A stretch of 64,000 bases of DNA from Patescibacteria group bacterium (GTDB lineage Bacteria > Patescibacteriota > Minisyncoccia > Minisyncoccales > UBA10102): the NCBI GenBank assembly GCA_024239055.1, contig JANBVJ010000001.1:65277-129276 (forward strand), written 5' to 3'. Position numbers and translations under genes: made by a program. A model generated the notes under the pieces. It did no database searches, was not told where the DNA came from, and was given only the letters and a program-made list of their open reading frames with translations. Of this stretch, positions 37,379 to 46,107 are shown in pieces; position 1 is the stretch's first letter; each line of letters starts with the position of its first letter.

Positions 37379-37519
37379 ATGGCACATCCAAAGACAACAG
37401 GTAAAAAAGCAGCAACTGCAGCAAGTAAAACTTTACGAGATGGAAGAACTTCTCGTACTTCAAAAACTGCTGCAGGGAGTTCTTTGTCTCAGAAGCACGG
37501 AAGAAAGAGCAAGAGATAA
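37379..37519 (+). CDS. possible small basic protein (46 aa)
   Basis: MAHPKTTGKKAATAASKTLRDGRTSRTSKTAAGSSLSQKHGRKSKR. Divergent from lexA-MTase, low complexity, no SD seen. Confidence 0.3.
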   Translation: MAHPKTTGKKAATAASKTLRDGRTSRTSKTAAGSSLSQKHGRKSKR

Positions 37520-37537
37520 TTGAAAAAAGTTTTCCGA

Positions 37538-37587
37538 ATTAGGATAGTGTAACCCATAAGAGGTTAGGAGAGTTACGCTATCCTAAT
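37538..37587. repeat. 16-bp inverted repeat (long hairpin)
   Basis: ATTAGGATAGTGTAAC (37538-37553) pairs with GTTACGCTATCCTAAT (37572-37587) with one G-U equivalent. The loop is 18 nt. Confidence 0.7.
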
Positions 37588-37665
37588 ACAAAGTTAAAGA
37601 ATATGTTAATAAATAATATTCTTAAGCATAGAAAGTCGATATATTAATCAATTAATCTAATTAAT

Positions 37666-37809
37666 ATGGATGGAAGACAAAGAGTAATTCTTAAGGAATT
37701 ATTAGAGAAGTATTTTGTTGGTGGAAATGCATCTAGTGATAATGAAAATAGTATTGCATTAAGTAAGAAGTTAGATGTTATTAGAGATTTTGTAAAAGAG
37801 AATTTCTAG
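37666..37809 (+). CDS. possible 47-aa ORF (below ORF-track cutoff)
   Basis: MDGRQRVILKELLEKYFVGGNASSDNENSIALSKKLDVIRDFVKENF, read by hand. No homolog recognised. Confidence 0.2.
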   Translation: MDGRQRVILKELLEKYFVGGNASSDNENSIALSKKLDVIRDFVKENF

Positions 37810-37857
37810 GGAAATATCAGGGAGTAAGATAAAAATCTGCTTCCTGTTTTCTTTATA

Positions 37858-37886
37858 TTGACACTACTCTTAAATTAGCTTATACT
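37858..37886 (+). promoter_or_regulatory. promoter TTGACA-N17-TATACT re-starting the ribosomal operon at rplC
   Basis: TTGACA 37858-37863 and TATACT 37881-37886. Confidence 0.6.
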
Positions 37887-37944
37887 ATTTGTATGCAGAT
37901 TCTGTCTTTAGATAGATGAGCGTAGGAGAAACTAATCCTGTCTC

Positions 37945-37970
37945 AAGGCGGGTTGGTTGACCCGTTTTTT
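37945..37970 (+). terminator. terminator-like attenuator hairpin in the rplC leader
   Basis: CGGGT (37949-37953) pairs with ACCCG (37960-37964), extendable with G-U/A-U pairs, followed by TTTTTT (37965-37970). Ends 10 nt before the rplC ATG. Confidence 0.5.
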
Positions 37971-37980
37971 GTTGAAAAAC

Positions 37981-38568
37981 ATGAAGATTATACTAGGAAA
38001 AAAGTTAGGAATGAGTCAGGTATTTGATGAAACAGGAAAGGTGATTCCAGTCACCGTTCTTGAAGCAGGTCCGTGTAAGGTCTTGGAAGTCTTAAATAAA
38101 GAAAAGAACGGATATGACTCAATTCAGTTGGGATTTGAAGAAAGAGCAGAAAAGAAAGCTTTGAAGTCAGGAAAGGGAAAGAACTTTACTTACATTAAAG
38201 AGTTTAGAGGAGAAGGAGACTTTAACGTCGGCGATACAGTCGATGTTTCTGTTTTTGAAGAGGGAGATATAGTAAAGGTTTCTGGAGTAACTAAAGGTAA
38301 GGGATTCCAGGGAGGAGTAAAGAGGCATGGAATGAGTGGAAGAAACAGAACTCATGGTGTAAAGCATGATCACCGTACTATAGGTTCTATAGGTTCAGCC
38401 TGGCCCCAGCGTGTTATTAAAGGAAGACATATGCCAGGACGTATGGGAGCTGATAGAGTTTCAGTAAAGAACCTGAAGGTTATTAAAATTGATAAAGAGA
38501 ATAATACAATAGCGGTAAAGGGAGCTATACCAGGACACTATGGCACATTAGTTGAAGTAAGAGGATAA
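37981..38568 (+). CDS. rplC: 50S ribosomal protein L3
   Basis: MKIILGKKLGMSQVFDETGKVIPVTVLEAGPC. The ORF-track TTG start at 37957 was rejected because it lies in the hairpin. Confidence 0.93.
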   Translation: MKIILGKKLGMSQVFDETGKVIPVTVLEAGPCKVLEVLNKEKNGYDSIQLGFEERAEKKALKSGKGKNFTYIKEFRGEGDFNVGDTVDVSVFEEGDIVKVSGVTKGKGFQGGVKRHGMSGRNRTHGVKHDHRTIGSIGSAWPQRVIKGRHMPGRMGADRVSVKNLKVIKIDKENNTIAVKGAIPGHYGTLVEVRG

Positions 38569-38570
38569 AT

Positions 38571-39203
38571 ATGAAAACAGCATTGTACAACCAAGAAGGT
38601 GAAAAGACAGGAGAGGTAACTCTACCAACTCCTGTATTTGACGTTCCTCTAAATGAGAACTTGGTTCATCAGGTACTTGTTGTACAAGCAGCTAGAAGAA
38701 GGCAAGGGTCTGCGCATACTAAAGACAGAAGTGAGGTATCTGGAGGTGGAAGAAAGCCCTGGCGTCAGAAGGGGACTGGAAGAGCTAGAGCTGGATCTAA
38801 CCGCTCACCAATCTGGAGAGGAGGAGGTGTAACCTTTGGTCCTACTAAGGATAGAAACTATGGGGGTAGGTTGAATGATAAGATGCGGCAAAAGGCCTTG
38901 CTTATGATTTTATCTGAAAAGGCAAGAAATAATCAGATTTTAATGGTGGATGGTTTAAATATTGAAGCACCAAAGACTAAGGCAATGGCGGGACTCTTTA
39001 CCAAACTTCCTTCACATACAAAGTCTACGTTGTTTGTACTTCCTTCTATGGATAAGAACATGCTTCTTTCAGCTCGTAATATAGCTAGAGTAAAGACTAT
39101 GCAGGCAACAGACTTAAATGCGCTGGACGCGGCATCGGCTGCATTCTTGGTAATACCAAAGACTGCTGTAGAAGTAATAGAAAAGACATTTGTAAAGAAG
39201 TAA
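38571..39203 (+). CDS. rplD: 50S ribosomal protein L4
   Basis: GGGRKPWRQKGTGRARAGSNRSPIWRGGGVTFGP. Confidence 0.93.
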   Translation: MKTALYNQEGEKTGEVTLPTPVFDVPLNENLVHQVLVVQAARRRQGSAHTKDRSEVSGGGRKPWRQKGTGRARAGSNRSPIWRGGGVTFGPTKDRNYGGRLNDKMRQKALLMILSEKARNNQILMVDGLNIEAPKTKAMAGLFTKLPSHTKSTLFVLPSMDKNMLLSARNIARVKTMQATDLNALDAASAAFLVIPKTAVEVIEKTFVKK

Positions 39204-39204
39204 T

Positions 39205-39600
39205 ATGGCAGCATTCCCATTTTTTAAAAAGAAAGAAGAGCCAAAGCCAAAAAAGAAGGCTCCTTCAGTAGAAAAGACTGAGGTTAAGAAACCAGCTCCA
39301 AAGAAGATAACTCGCAAGGGTGCTTATATCGGTTCCTTAACTAGTCCTCATGTAACTGAGAAGGCTACTGTGTTAGCTGGAAAGAACCAGTATGTATTTC
39401 GAGTTCAGCCAAACTCTACTAAGTTAACGGTAAAGCAAGCTGTAGAAATGCAGTATGGAGTAGATGTAGATAAAGTTAGAATGATTACTGTCCCTTCAAA
39501 GAAAAAGAGATTAGGAAAGATAATGGGAGTAAAGAAAGGATATAGAAAGGCCATAGTAAAGGTTCGTGAAGGCCAGTCAATTCAGATACTGCCACGATAA
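39205..39600 (+). CDS. rplW: 50S ribosomal protein L23 (Lys-rich N-terminal extension)
   Basis: PHVTEKATVLAGKNQYVFRVQPNSTKLTVKQAVE, with an extra ~35 aa KKP-rich N-terminus. Confidence 0.9.
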   Translation: MAAFPFFKKKEEPKPKKKAPSVEKTEVKKPAPKKITRKGAYIGSLTSPHVTEKATVLAGKNQYVFRVQPNSTKLTVKQAVEMQYGVDVDKVRMITVPSKKKRLGKIMGVKKGYRKAIVKVREGQSIQILPR

Positions 39601-39601
39601 T

Positions 39602-40378
39602 ATGCGTAATAAAGTAATTACAAAGACAAAACCAGAGAAGTCTCTCATTGTTCACTTAAAGCGAACAGGAGGAAGAAACTCTCAAGGTAAGATAACCGTC
39701 CGTCATCGCGGAGGAGGCTTTAAGCGTCAGTACCGTTTAGTTGACTTTGGACAGCAGCATATTAATGACAAAGGAACGGTTACCGCCATTGAGTACGATC
39801 CAAACAGGAACGCCTTTATTGCTTTAATGGAGTATTCAGAGGGAAACAAGGGTTATTTAATAGCTCCTCATTTGCTTAAGGTAGGAGATACTATTGAGTG
39901 CGCAGAAAAGGCGGAAATTACAACAGGCAACAGAATGAGATTGATTAACATTCCCGTAGGAACACAGGTTTATAATATTGAATTAATGCCAGGACAGGGA
40001 GGCAAGATTGTAAGGGGGGCTGGAACCACAGCTAAAATCTTAGCTCATGATGCCGGCTACACCCAGCTTACCCTCCCGTCTTCTGAAATAAGAAGGATTG
40101 GAGACCAGTGCTTTGCCTCAATCGGCGAGGTATCAAACCCAGAGCATAGATATCAGAAGATGACTAAAGCCGGAACAAACAGATTACGGGGCAGAAGGCC
40201 TCATGTTAGGGGTTCAGCTATGAACCCTGTGGATCACCCGCATGGAGGAGGTGAGGGAAGAACAGGAATTGGATTAAAGCATCCAAAGACCCCATGGGGA
40301 AAGCCGGCCCTGGGAGTGAAGACCAGAAAGAAGAAATGGACTGACAAGCTTATTATTCAAAGAAGAAAGAAGAAATAA
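39602..40378 (+). CDS. rplB: 50S ribosomal protein L2
   Basis: [26 protein letters not shown] and [14 protein letters not shown]. Confidence 0.95.
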   Translation: MRNKVITKTKPEKSLIVHLKRTGGRNSQGKITVRHRGGGFKRQYRLVDFGQQHINDKGTVTAIEYDPNRNAFIALMEYSEGNKGYLIAPHLLKVGDTIECAEKAEITTGNRMRLINIPVGTQVYNIELMPGQGGKIVRGAGTTAKILAHDAGYTQLTLPSSEIRRIGDQCFASIGEVSNPEHRYQKMTKAGTNRLRGRRPHVRGSAMNPVDHPHGGGEGRTGIGLKHPKTPWGKPALGVKTRKKKWTDKLIIQRRKKK

Positions 40379-40379
40379 T

Positions 40380-40676
40380 ATGGCACGTTCACTTAAAAAA
40401 GGACCATATATTGACGAGAAGTTGCAGAAAAAGGTTTTAGCATTAAAGCAGGGAGATAAGACTGTTATTAAGACCTGGGCTAGGGCCGCAACCATTACGC
40501 CTGAGATGATTGGATTTTCCTTTGGAGTGCATAATGGAAAAGACCATGTTGAGGTCTTAGTTTCAGAAGATATGGTAGGACACAGATTAGGAGAGTTTTC
40601 ACCTACCACCAAGTTTACACGTCACGGTGGCAGAATGCAGAGAGAAGAGGAACAGCAAAAACCAAGAACTCCATAA
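40380..40676 (+). CDS. rpsS: 30S ribosomal protein S19
   Basis: [15 protein letters not shown]...[12 protein letters not shown]...[10 protein letters not shown]. Confidence 0.95.
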   Translation: MARSLKKGPYIDEKLQKKVLALKQGDKTVIKTWARAATITPEMIGFSFGVHNGKDHVEVLVSEDMVGHRLGEFSPTTKFTRHGGRMQREEEQQKPRTP

Positions 40677-40678
40677 TT

Positions 40679-41218
40679 ATGACAGCTTCAGCTAAATTAC
40701 GATATTTGAGAATAGCCCCAAGAAAGGTGAGACTTATAGTCAACCTTATTCGGGGAAAGAAGGTCACAGACGCCCAGACCATTCTTCGCTTTACCCATAA
40801 AAGGGGAGCAGACCCTGTATTAAAGACCTTAAACTCAGCGGTAGCTGCAGCCAAGGATAACAAGCAGTTAGACGAGTCAGGATTGTATATATCAAAGATT
40901 ACCGTAGACGAGGGTCCAAAGCTAAAGAGATGGATTCCAAGAGCCAGAGGAGTGGCCTCCCCAATACAAAAAAAGGTATCACACATTACTATTGAATTAG
41001 ACGCGCTTAAAGGGGCAAAGAAGATAAAGGTAGAAAAGCCGGTCCCTGCAAAGAAAACTCCTGTACAGGTAGCTGAAGAAAAGAAAGCTCCGGAAGTTGA
41101 AACACCTTCAGAGGAGAAGGTAGTAGAACGTCCAAAGTTCAGGCCAGAGAAGGAGGCTCCAAAGCCTTCTGCCAAGCCAGGAGGACTTTCAAGATTCTTT
41201 AGAAGAAAAGTAATTTAA
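40679..41218 (+). CDS. rplV: 50S ribosomal protein L22 (long K/E/P-rich C-terminal extension)
   Basis: AKLRYLRIAPRKVRLIVNLIRGKKV. About 60 extra C-terminal residues. Confidence 0.92.
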   Translation: MTASAKLRYLRIAPRKVRLIVNLIRGKKVTDAQTILRFTHKRGADPVLKTLNSAVAAAKDNKQLDESGLYISKITVDEGPKLKRWIPRARGVASPIQKKVSHITIELDALKGAKKIKVEKPVPAKKTPVQVAEEKKAPEVETPSEEKVVERPKFRPEKEAPKPSAKPGGLSRFFRRKVI

Positions 41219-41219
41219 T

Positions 41220-41888
41220 ATGTCACATAAAGTTCACCCAAAAGCATTTAGAATAGATAGAGTTGGAGATTGGCTCTCTCGCTGGATTGACCGCAAGAGT
41301 TATGCTAAATCTTTAAAGGAAGATTATATGATTCGAACCTATCTTGAAGAGAAACTCACAGAACACGGAGTTGAGTCTATTGAGATTGAGAGATTTGCAG
41401 GAAAGACCACTGTTTTCATTAACTCATCCCGTCCGGGATTGATTATTGGAAGAGGTGGCTCGGGTATTGAGGTAATTAGAAAGGCCTTGGTTGCTCAGAT
41501 TCAAAAGAAGTTTCCTGATAAAGAAAAGAGTGAACTGCGCCTTGAGATAAGAGAGATACGAAACCCTTGGGAGTCAGCTACTCTTACCGCTCAGTACGTA
41601 GCTCAGGGATTAGAAAAGAGAATGCCATTCCGCTCTGTAATGCGGCAAACACTGGGCAAGGTTGAAATGAACAAAGGAGTTCAGGGCGTGAAGATTCAGG
41701 TTTCGGGACGCTTAGGGGGAGCTGATATTGCGCGATCGGAAAAGACAAGCTCTGGACGCCTGCCTTTGCAGACCATAAAAGCAAATATTGATTACGGTAC
41801 CGCAGAAGCCAAAACCACCTACGGCATCGTAGGAGTAAAGGTATGGATTTACAAAGGAGATGATGACGAAGAAGACAAAGAGAAATAA
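41220..41888 (+). CDS. rpsC: 30S ribosomal protein S3
   Basis: MSHKVHPKAFRIDRVGDWLSRW, with KH and C-terminal domains. Confidence 0.95.
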   Translation: MSHKVHPKAFRIDRVGDWLSRWIDRKSYAKSLKEDYMIRTYLEEKLTEHGVESIEIERFAGKTTVFINSSRPGLIIGRGGSGIEVIRKALVAQIQKKFPDKEKSELRLEIREIRNPWESATLTAQYVAQGLEKRMPFRSVMRQTLGKVEMNKGVQGVKIQVSGRLGGADIARSEKTSSGRLPLQTIKANIDYGTAEAKTTYGIVGVKVWIYKGDDDEEDKEK

Positions 41889-41890
41889 CC

Positions 41891-42295
41891 ATGTTAATGC
41901 CTAAAAAGACAAAGCACAGAAAATGGCACAAGGGACGAAACAAAAAGGCCTCATTTAGAGGAACTAATGTTGTCTTTGGCTCATATGGTTTAAAGGCTCT
42001 GGGTTCAAAGTGGATTTCTTCCCGTGAGATTGAGGCTGGAAGAAGAACTATTATTAGATACTTAAGAAAGGGAGGCAAGATGTGGATTCGCATCTTTCCA
42101 AACAGACCAGTTACCAAGAAGGGGGATGAAACTCCTATGGGAGGGGGGACTGGTTCTGTTGACCACTACGCGTTTGCCGTGGATGCCGGCAGGATTATTT
42201 ATGAAATTGACGGGATTGAGGAATCATTGGCAAAAGAAGCCTTAAAAAAGGCCGGAGGAAAGTTATCTGTAAGAACAAGGGTAGTTGAACGATAA
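41891..42295 (+). CDS. rplP: 50S ribosomal protein L16
   Basis: MLMPKKTKHRKWHKGR...GSKWISSREIEAGRR. Confidence 0.95.
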   Translation: MLMPKKTKHRKWHKGRNKKASFRGTNVVFGSYGLKALGSKWISSREIEAGRRTIIRYLRKGGKMWIRIFPNRPVTKKGDETPMGGGTGSVDHYAFAVDAGRIIYEIDGIEESLAKEALKKAGGKLSVRTRVVER

Positions 42296-42296
42296 T

Positions 42297-42479
42297 ATGA
42301 AAGCAGTAGAACTAAGAAAAAAGACAAAGGTTGATCTCAGACGACAGCTTACAACAGACAAGGAAAAACTCCAGTCTCTGCGCTTTGACATTGTGGCTGG
42401 AAAGGTAAAGAATGTTAAGGAGATCAGAGCTAGAAGAAAGGAGATTGCTACCATAATGACTATATTGTCAGAAAAATAA
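42297..42479 (+). CDS. rpmC: 50S ribosomal protein L29
   Basis: MKAVELRKKTKVDLRRQL...LRFDIVAGKVKNVKEIR. Confidence 0.9.
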   Translation: MKAVELRKKTKVDLRRQLTTDKEKLQSLRFDIVAGKVKNVKEIRARRKEIATIMTILSEK

Positions 42480-42480
42480 T

Positions 42481-42723
42481 ATGCCTAAACGAGAATTAAC
42501 AGGAATTATAGTATCGGACGCAGCAGACAAAACTGTTGTAGTTCAGATTGAATCCTTAAAGCAGCATCCAAAGTATTTAAGACGGTACCGTTCCCATAAG
42601 AAATATAAGGCGCATGATGAAAAGAACGAGTATAAGAAAGGGGACTTAGTTGTGATTTTAGAATCCCGCCCAATATCAAAAGATAAGAGGTGGAGAGTAG
42701 TAAGAAAGGTAACACACGCATGA
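42481..42723 (+). CDS. rpsQ: 30S ribosomal protein S17
   Basis: [19 protein letters not shown]...[18 protein letters not shown]. Confidence 0.93.
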   Translation: MPKRELTGIIVSDAADKTVVVQIESLKQHPKYLRRYRSHKKYKAHDEKNEYKKGDLVVILESRPISKDKRWRVVRKVTHA

Positions 42724-43088
42724 TACAGCCAGAATCAAAATTAACGGTAGCTGACAACTCGGGAGCCAAAATGATTCAGTGCTTCCGTGTTCTTGGGGGT
42801 ACAAGAAAAAGGTATGCTCAGATTGGAGATGTAATAGTGGCAGCGGTAAAGGTTGCAGAACCCCGAAGACCTGTGAAGAAGCACGAGATTGTTAGAGCCG
42901 TTATTGTAAGAACAAAAAAGCCATATCGCAGAAAGGATGGTTCCTACATTAAATTTGACGACAACGCAGCTGTAATCTTGGAAAAGGAAAAAGAGCCAAA
43001 AGGCGGTCGTATCTTCGGCCCCATACCCCGCGAGCTCAGAGACAAGGGATTCACAAAGATAACTACATTAGCTACTGAAGTAATCTAA
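42720..43088 (+). CDS. rplN: 50S ribosomal protein L14
   Basis: [27 protein letters not shown]. The ATGA overlaps the rpsQ stop. Confidence 0.95.
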   Translation: MIQPESKLTVADNSGAKMIQCFRVLGGTRKRYAQIGDVIVAAVKVAEPRRPVKKHEIVRAVIVRTKKPYRRKDGSYIKFDDNAAVILEKEKEPKGGRIFGPIPRELRDKGFTKITTLATEVI

Positions 43089-43089
43089 C

Positions 43090-43398
43090 ATGAAAATTAA
43101 GAAAGGAGACAACGTTATTATAATTGCAGGAAAAGACAAGGGACGTCGAGGAAACGTACTCAGTGTTTTGCCTTTAAAAGACAAGGTTCAGGTTGAGGGC
43201 ATTAACATCGTGAAAAAGCATGTAAGACCAAAGAAGCAGGGAGAAAAGGGTCAGGTTATTGAGCTGCCATTTCCAATGCAGGCATCAAACATGCAGATAT
43301 TTTGCGCAAAATGCAAGAAAGGTTCCCGTATTGGTTATAAGATTGAGGCAAAGGAGAAAATAAGAATATGTAAGCGCTGTTTAACTCCCTTAAAGTAA
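43090..43398 (+). CDS. rplX: 50S ribosomal protein L24
   Basis: MKIKKGDNVIIIAGKDKGRRGNVL is a KOW motif. Confidence 0.93.
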   Translation: MKIKKGDNVIIIAGKDKGRRGNVLSVLPLKDKVQVEGINIVKKHVRPKKQGEKGQVIELPFPMQASNMQIFCAKCKKGSRIGYKIEAKEKIRICKRCLTPLK

Positions 43399-43402
43399 TA
43401 TT

Positions 43403-43981
43403 ATGTCAATTGTAAAAGATACATATAATAAGAAAGCGGTTCCCGCCTTAATGGAGAAGTTCGCCTACAAGAGTTCTATGGCAGTTCCAAAGATTGAGAA
43501 GGTTATTATTAACACCGGACTTGGGCGTTTGATGGCTTCAAAAGGCCCTACTGAACAGGCAAAGTTTATGAATGATGTCATTTCCAAGGATTTGGCTATG
43601 ATTACAGGGCAAAAGCCGGCCCCCACTAAAGCCAGAAAGTCTATTGCAGGTTTTAAGCTTCGTCAAGGCACAATTACGGGAGCTAAAACCACACTGCGCG
43701 GAGGGCGCATGTATGACTTTATTGACAGATTAATTAACGTAGTTCTGCCGCGTTCCCGTGACTTTCGGGGCTTGGGTATAAACTCAGTGGACGAGAACGG
43801 CAACTTGACAATAGGCATAAAAGAGCATATATTTTTCCCTGAGATATCTATTGAGCAGATAAAGCAGGCATTTGGCTTGGAGATAACGATTGTGACTACA
43901 GCTAATACAAAAGAAGAGGGAATAGAACTGTTTTCTCAGTTAGGATTCCCGTTTCAAAAACAAGATGGCCAAGAAATCTAA
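43403..43981 (+). CDS. rplE: 50S ribosomal protein L5
   Basis: [14 protein letters not shown]...RDFRGL...[11 protein letters not shown]. Confidence 0.95.
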   Translation: MSIVKDTYNKKAVPALMEKFAYKSSMAVPKIEKVIINTGLGRLMASKGPTEQAKFMNDVISKDLAMITGQKPAPTKARKSIAGFKLRQGTITGAKTTLRGGRMYDFIDRLINVVLPRSRDFRGLGINSVDENGNLTIGIKEHIFFPEISIEQIKQAFGLEITIVTTANTKEEGIELFSQLGFPFQKQDGQEI

Positions 43982-44150
43982 AATAGCAAAAGCAGCAAAG
44001 ACGCCCAAGTACTCCTCAAGAAAGGAGAACAGGTGCTTTAGATGCGGAAGAAAAAGAGCGTATATGCGGGATTTTGATTTATGTAGAATTTGTTTTCGAG
44101 AGATGGCAAATAAAGGTTTAATACCCGGTATTAAGAAATCGTCTTGGTAA
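43965..44150 (+). CDS. rpsN: 30S ribosomal protein S14, type Z (zinc form)
   Basis: 61 aa with [23 protein letters not shown] (CxxC...CxxC). Confidence 0.93.
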   Translation: MAKKSKIAKAAKTPKYSSRKENRCFRCGRKRAYMRDFDLCRICFREMANKGLIPGIKKSSW

Positions 44151-44151
44151 T

Positions 44152-44544
44152 ATGCATTCAGATCCAATAGCTGACATGTTAAATAGAATGACTACGGCTG
44201 CCGCTGTTAAAAAGGAGACAGTTGAAGTTCCCTTTTCTAACGTAAAGTACGGGGTAGCTAAAGTTTTGGAAAGAGTAGGATTTATTAAATCTGTGCGTCT
44301 TCAAAAGCGTAAAGGGAGAAACGTTATTGAGATTCAGTTAAGATATAAGGATTCGTTTCCGATATTTACTTCTTTTAAGCGTGTGTCAAAGCCGGGACAG
44401 AGAATGTATGCTTCTACAAAGAAGATAAAAGGAATAAGAGGAGGATTTGGTATTGGTATTGTCTCAACCTCAAAAGGGTTGATGACAAATCAAGAGGCTA
44501 GAAAAGAAGGAATTGGAGGAGAATTAATATGCGAACTTTGGTAA
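44152..44544 (+). CDS. rpsH: 30S ribosomal protein S8
   Basis: DPIADMLNRMTTAAAVKKETVEVPFSNVK. Confidence 0.95.
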   Translation: MHSDPIADMLNRMTTAAAVKKETVEVPFSNVKYGVAKVLERVGFIKSVRLQKRKGRNVIEIQLRYKDSFPIFTSFKRVSKPGQRMYASTKKIKGIRGGFGIGIVSTSKGLMTNQEARKEGIGGELICELW

Positions 44545-44545
44545 T

Positions 44546-45103
44546 ATGTCACGCGTAGGAAGACAATCAATTGAAATACCTCAGGGAGTGGAGGTTAAGA
44601 TAGAAGGAAACCATGTTTCTGTAAAAGGACCAAAGGGGAGTTTGGAGCGCGATATCAGACCTGAGATTGAGGCCAAGGTTGAGGGTAATAAAGTTGAAGT
44701 AACTCCAAAGGAGGGAGCAAAGAAGCCAGAAGCCATGTGGGGTCTTACTCGCTCACTCATAGCTAATATGGTCCAGGGGGTAGCGGAAGGATATGAAAAG
44801 AAGCTTGAGATTGAGGGTGTTGGATACAGGGCAGAAGCCACAGGAGACTCTATAACTTTAAATATGGGGTTTTCTCATACAATTGTATTAAAAGCACCAG
44901 AAAATGTAGCGTTCTCTGTTGATAAGAATGTTATTACCATTTCAGGCGCCGACAAAGAAAAAGTAGGGCAGTTTGCTTCTTCTATTAAAAAAGTAAGACC
45001 AGTAGAACCCTATAAAGGGAAGGGTATTAAATATGAGGGAGAACATGTAAGAAGAAAGCTTGGAAAGAGGGCAGCGGGTGAGGGAACTGAAGGAGCCGCA
45101 TAA
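44546..45103 (+). CDS. rplF: 50S ribosomal protein L6
   Basis: [33 protein letters not shown]. Confidence 0.95.
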
Positions 45104-45107
45104 TATT

Positions 45108-45461
45108 ATGAAATTAACGAAACTAGAACAACGACAAAGAAGACATCGCCGTGTGACTGCGCGAGTGTCAGGGACTAAGGTAAAGCCACGCTTGGTTGTC
45201 TTTCGTTCAAACAAACATATGTATGCCCAACTAATAGACGACGCAAAAGGTTTGACGTTGGCTGCGGTTTCAGACGAAAGTGTGAAGGCAGAAAAAGGAA
45301 AGAAACCGTTGGAGGTATCAAAAGAAATTGGAAAGCTTATTGCTACTATTGCAACAGAAAAGAAGATAAAGTCAGTTGTCTTTGATAGAGGAGGATATAA
45401 GTATCATGGAAACGTAAAGGCGATAGCTGAGGGAGCAAGAGAAGGAGGGCTTAAAATATAA
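45108..45461 (+). CDS. rplR: 50S ribosomal protein L18
   Basis: [37 protein letters not shown] 45108 is preferred. Confidence 0.93.
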
Positions 45462-45463
45462 TT

Positions 45464-46105
45464 ATGGCAGAACAAACATCAACAACACAAAATACTCAGA
45501 GAAGGGGAGCTGGAAACCAAAGAGGTAATCATTCGCAGCGAGGCGGCTTTGGAGGTGGCAGAGGCAGAGGTGGAGACCGTAGAAGACAGGGAGGCAGAAG
45601 GAAGGAATCTAATGACGGTTTTGATTCACAACTCCTAGATCTAACTCGTGTAGCCAGAGTGGCTAAAGGAGGAAGAACATTTCGATTCCGTGCAACTATG
45701 ATTACCGGAGACGGTAAAGGAAAGGTTGGTATTGGTGTTGCAAAGAGTTTGGATGTAGCTTCCGCCATTGAAAAGGCTACAAAAAGAGCAAAGAAAGATC
45801 TTATTGAAGTTTTCATGCATAATGAAACCATTCCTCATGAAGTTCAGGCTAAGTTTGGAGCTTCAAAGGTTATACTGCGCCCACAAGCCCAGGGAAGAGG
45901 GTTGGTTGCAGGGGGAGCTGTACGTGTTATTTGTGAAAAGGCAGGTATTAAGAATATTTCAGCTAAGTTTATCTCACGATCCGGAAACAAGTTAAATAAC
46001 GCTAAAGCCACCCTAAAGGCTTTGCAGATGTTAAAGAAGCCTCTTGAAACTAAGAAGAAGGAAGAGAAAAAGATTATTGTAAAGGATACTAAAAACAAGG
46101 AATAG
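45464..46105 (+). CDS. rpsE: 30S ribosomal protein S5 (RGG-rich N-terminal and K-rich C-terminal extensions)
   Basis: RVARVAKGGRTFRFRATMITGDGKGKVGIGVAKS core, with a QRGGFGGGRGRGGDRRRQGGRRKE N-terminal extension. Confidence 0.93.
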   Translation: MAEQTSTTQNTQRRGAGNQRGNHSQRGGFGGGRGRGGDRRRQGGRRKESNDGFDSQLLDLTRVARVAKGGRTFRFRATMITGDGKGKVGIGVAKSLDVASAIEKATKRAKKDLIEVFMHNETIPHEVQAKFGASKVILRPQAQGRGLVAGGAVRVICEKAGIKNISAKFISRSGNKLNNAKATLKALQMLKKPLETKKKEEKKIIVKDTKNKE

Positions 46106-46107
46106 AT

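Larger units (their letters stand above)
30587..37980. other. AT-rich accessory (defence/restriction-modification-like) island inserted between rpsJ and rplC
   Basis: Non-ribosomal nuclease and methylase genes lie between two genes that are normally adjacent. The insert has its own terminator, promoters and leader. No integrase, tRNA or flanking direct repeat was found. Confidence 0.7.

Noticed and set aside
30587-37980. Calling the island a mobile element with defined ends
   Set aside because: I found no integrase, transposase or tRNA target. The only similarity shared between the two borders is a 7-mer (CTTAAAT), which is not significant.
40615-41175. 186-aa ORF on the minus strand
   Set aside because: It lies entirely antisense to rplV, whose identity is unambiguous. 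Its composition is low-complexity Ser/Ala/Phe-rich, typical of a shadow ORF.
41584-42117. 177-aa ORF on the minus strand
   Set aside because: It is antisense to rpsC/rplP and has no start context or motif, so it is a shadow ORF.
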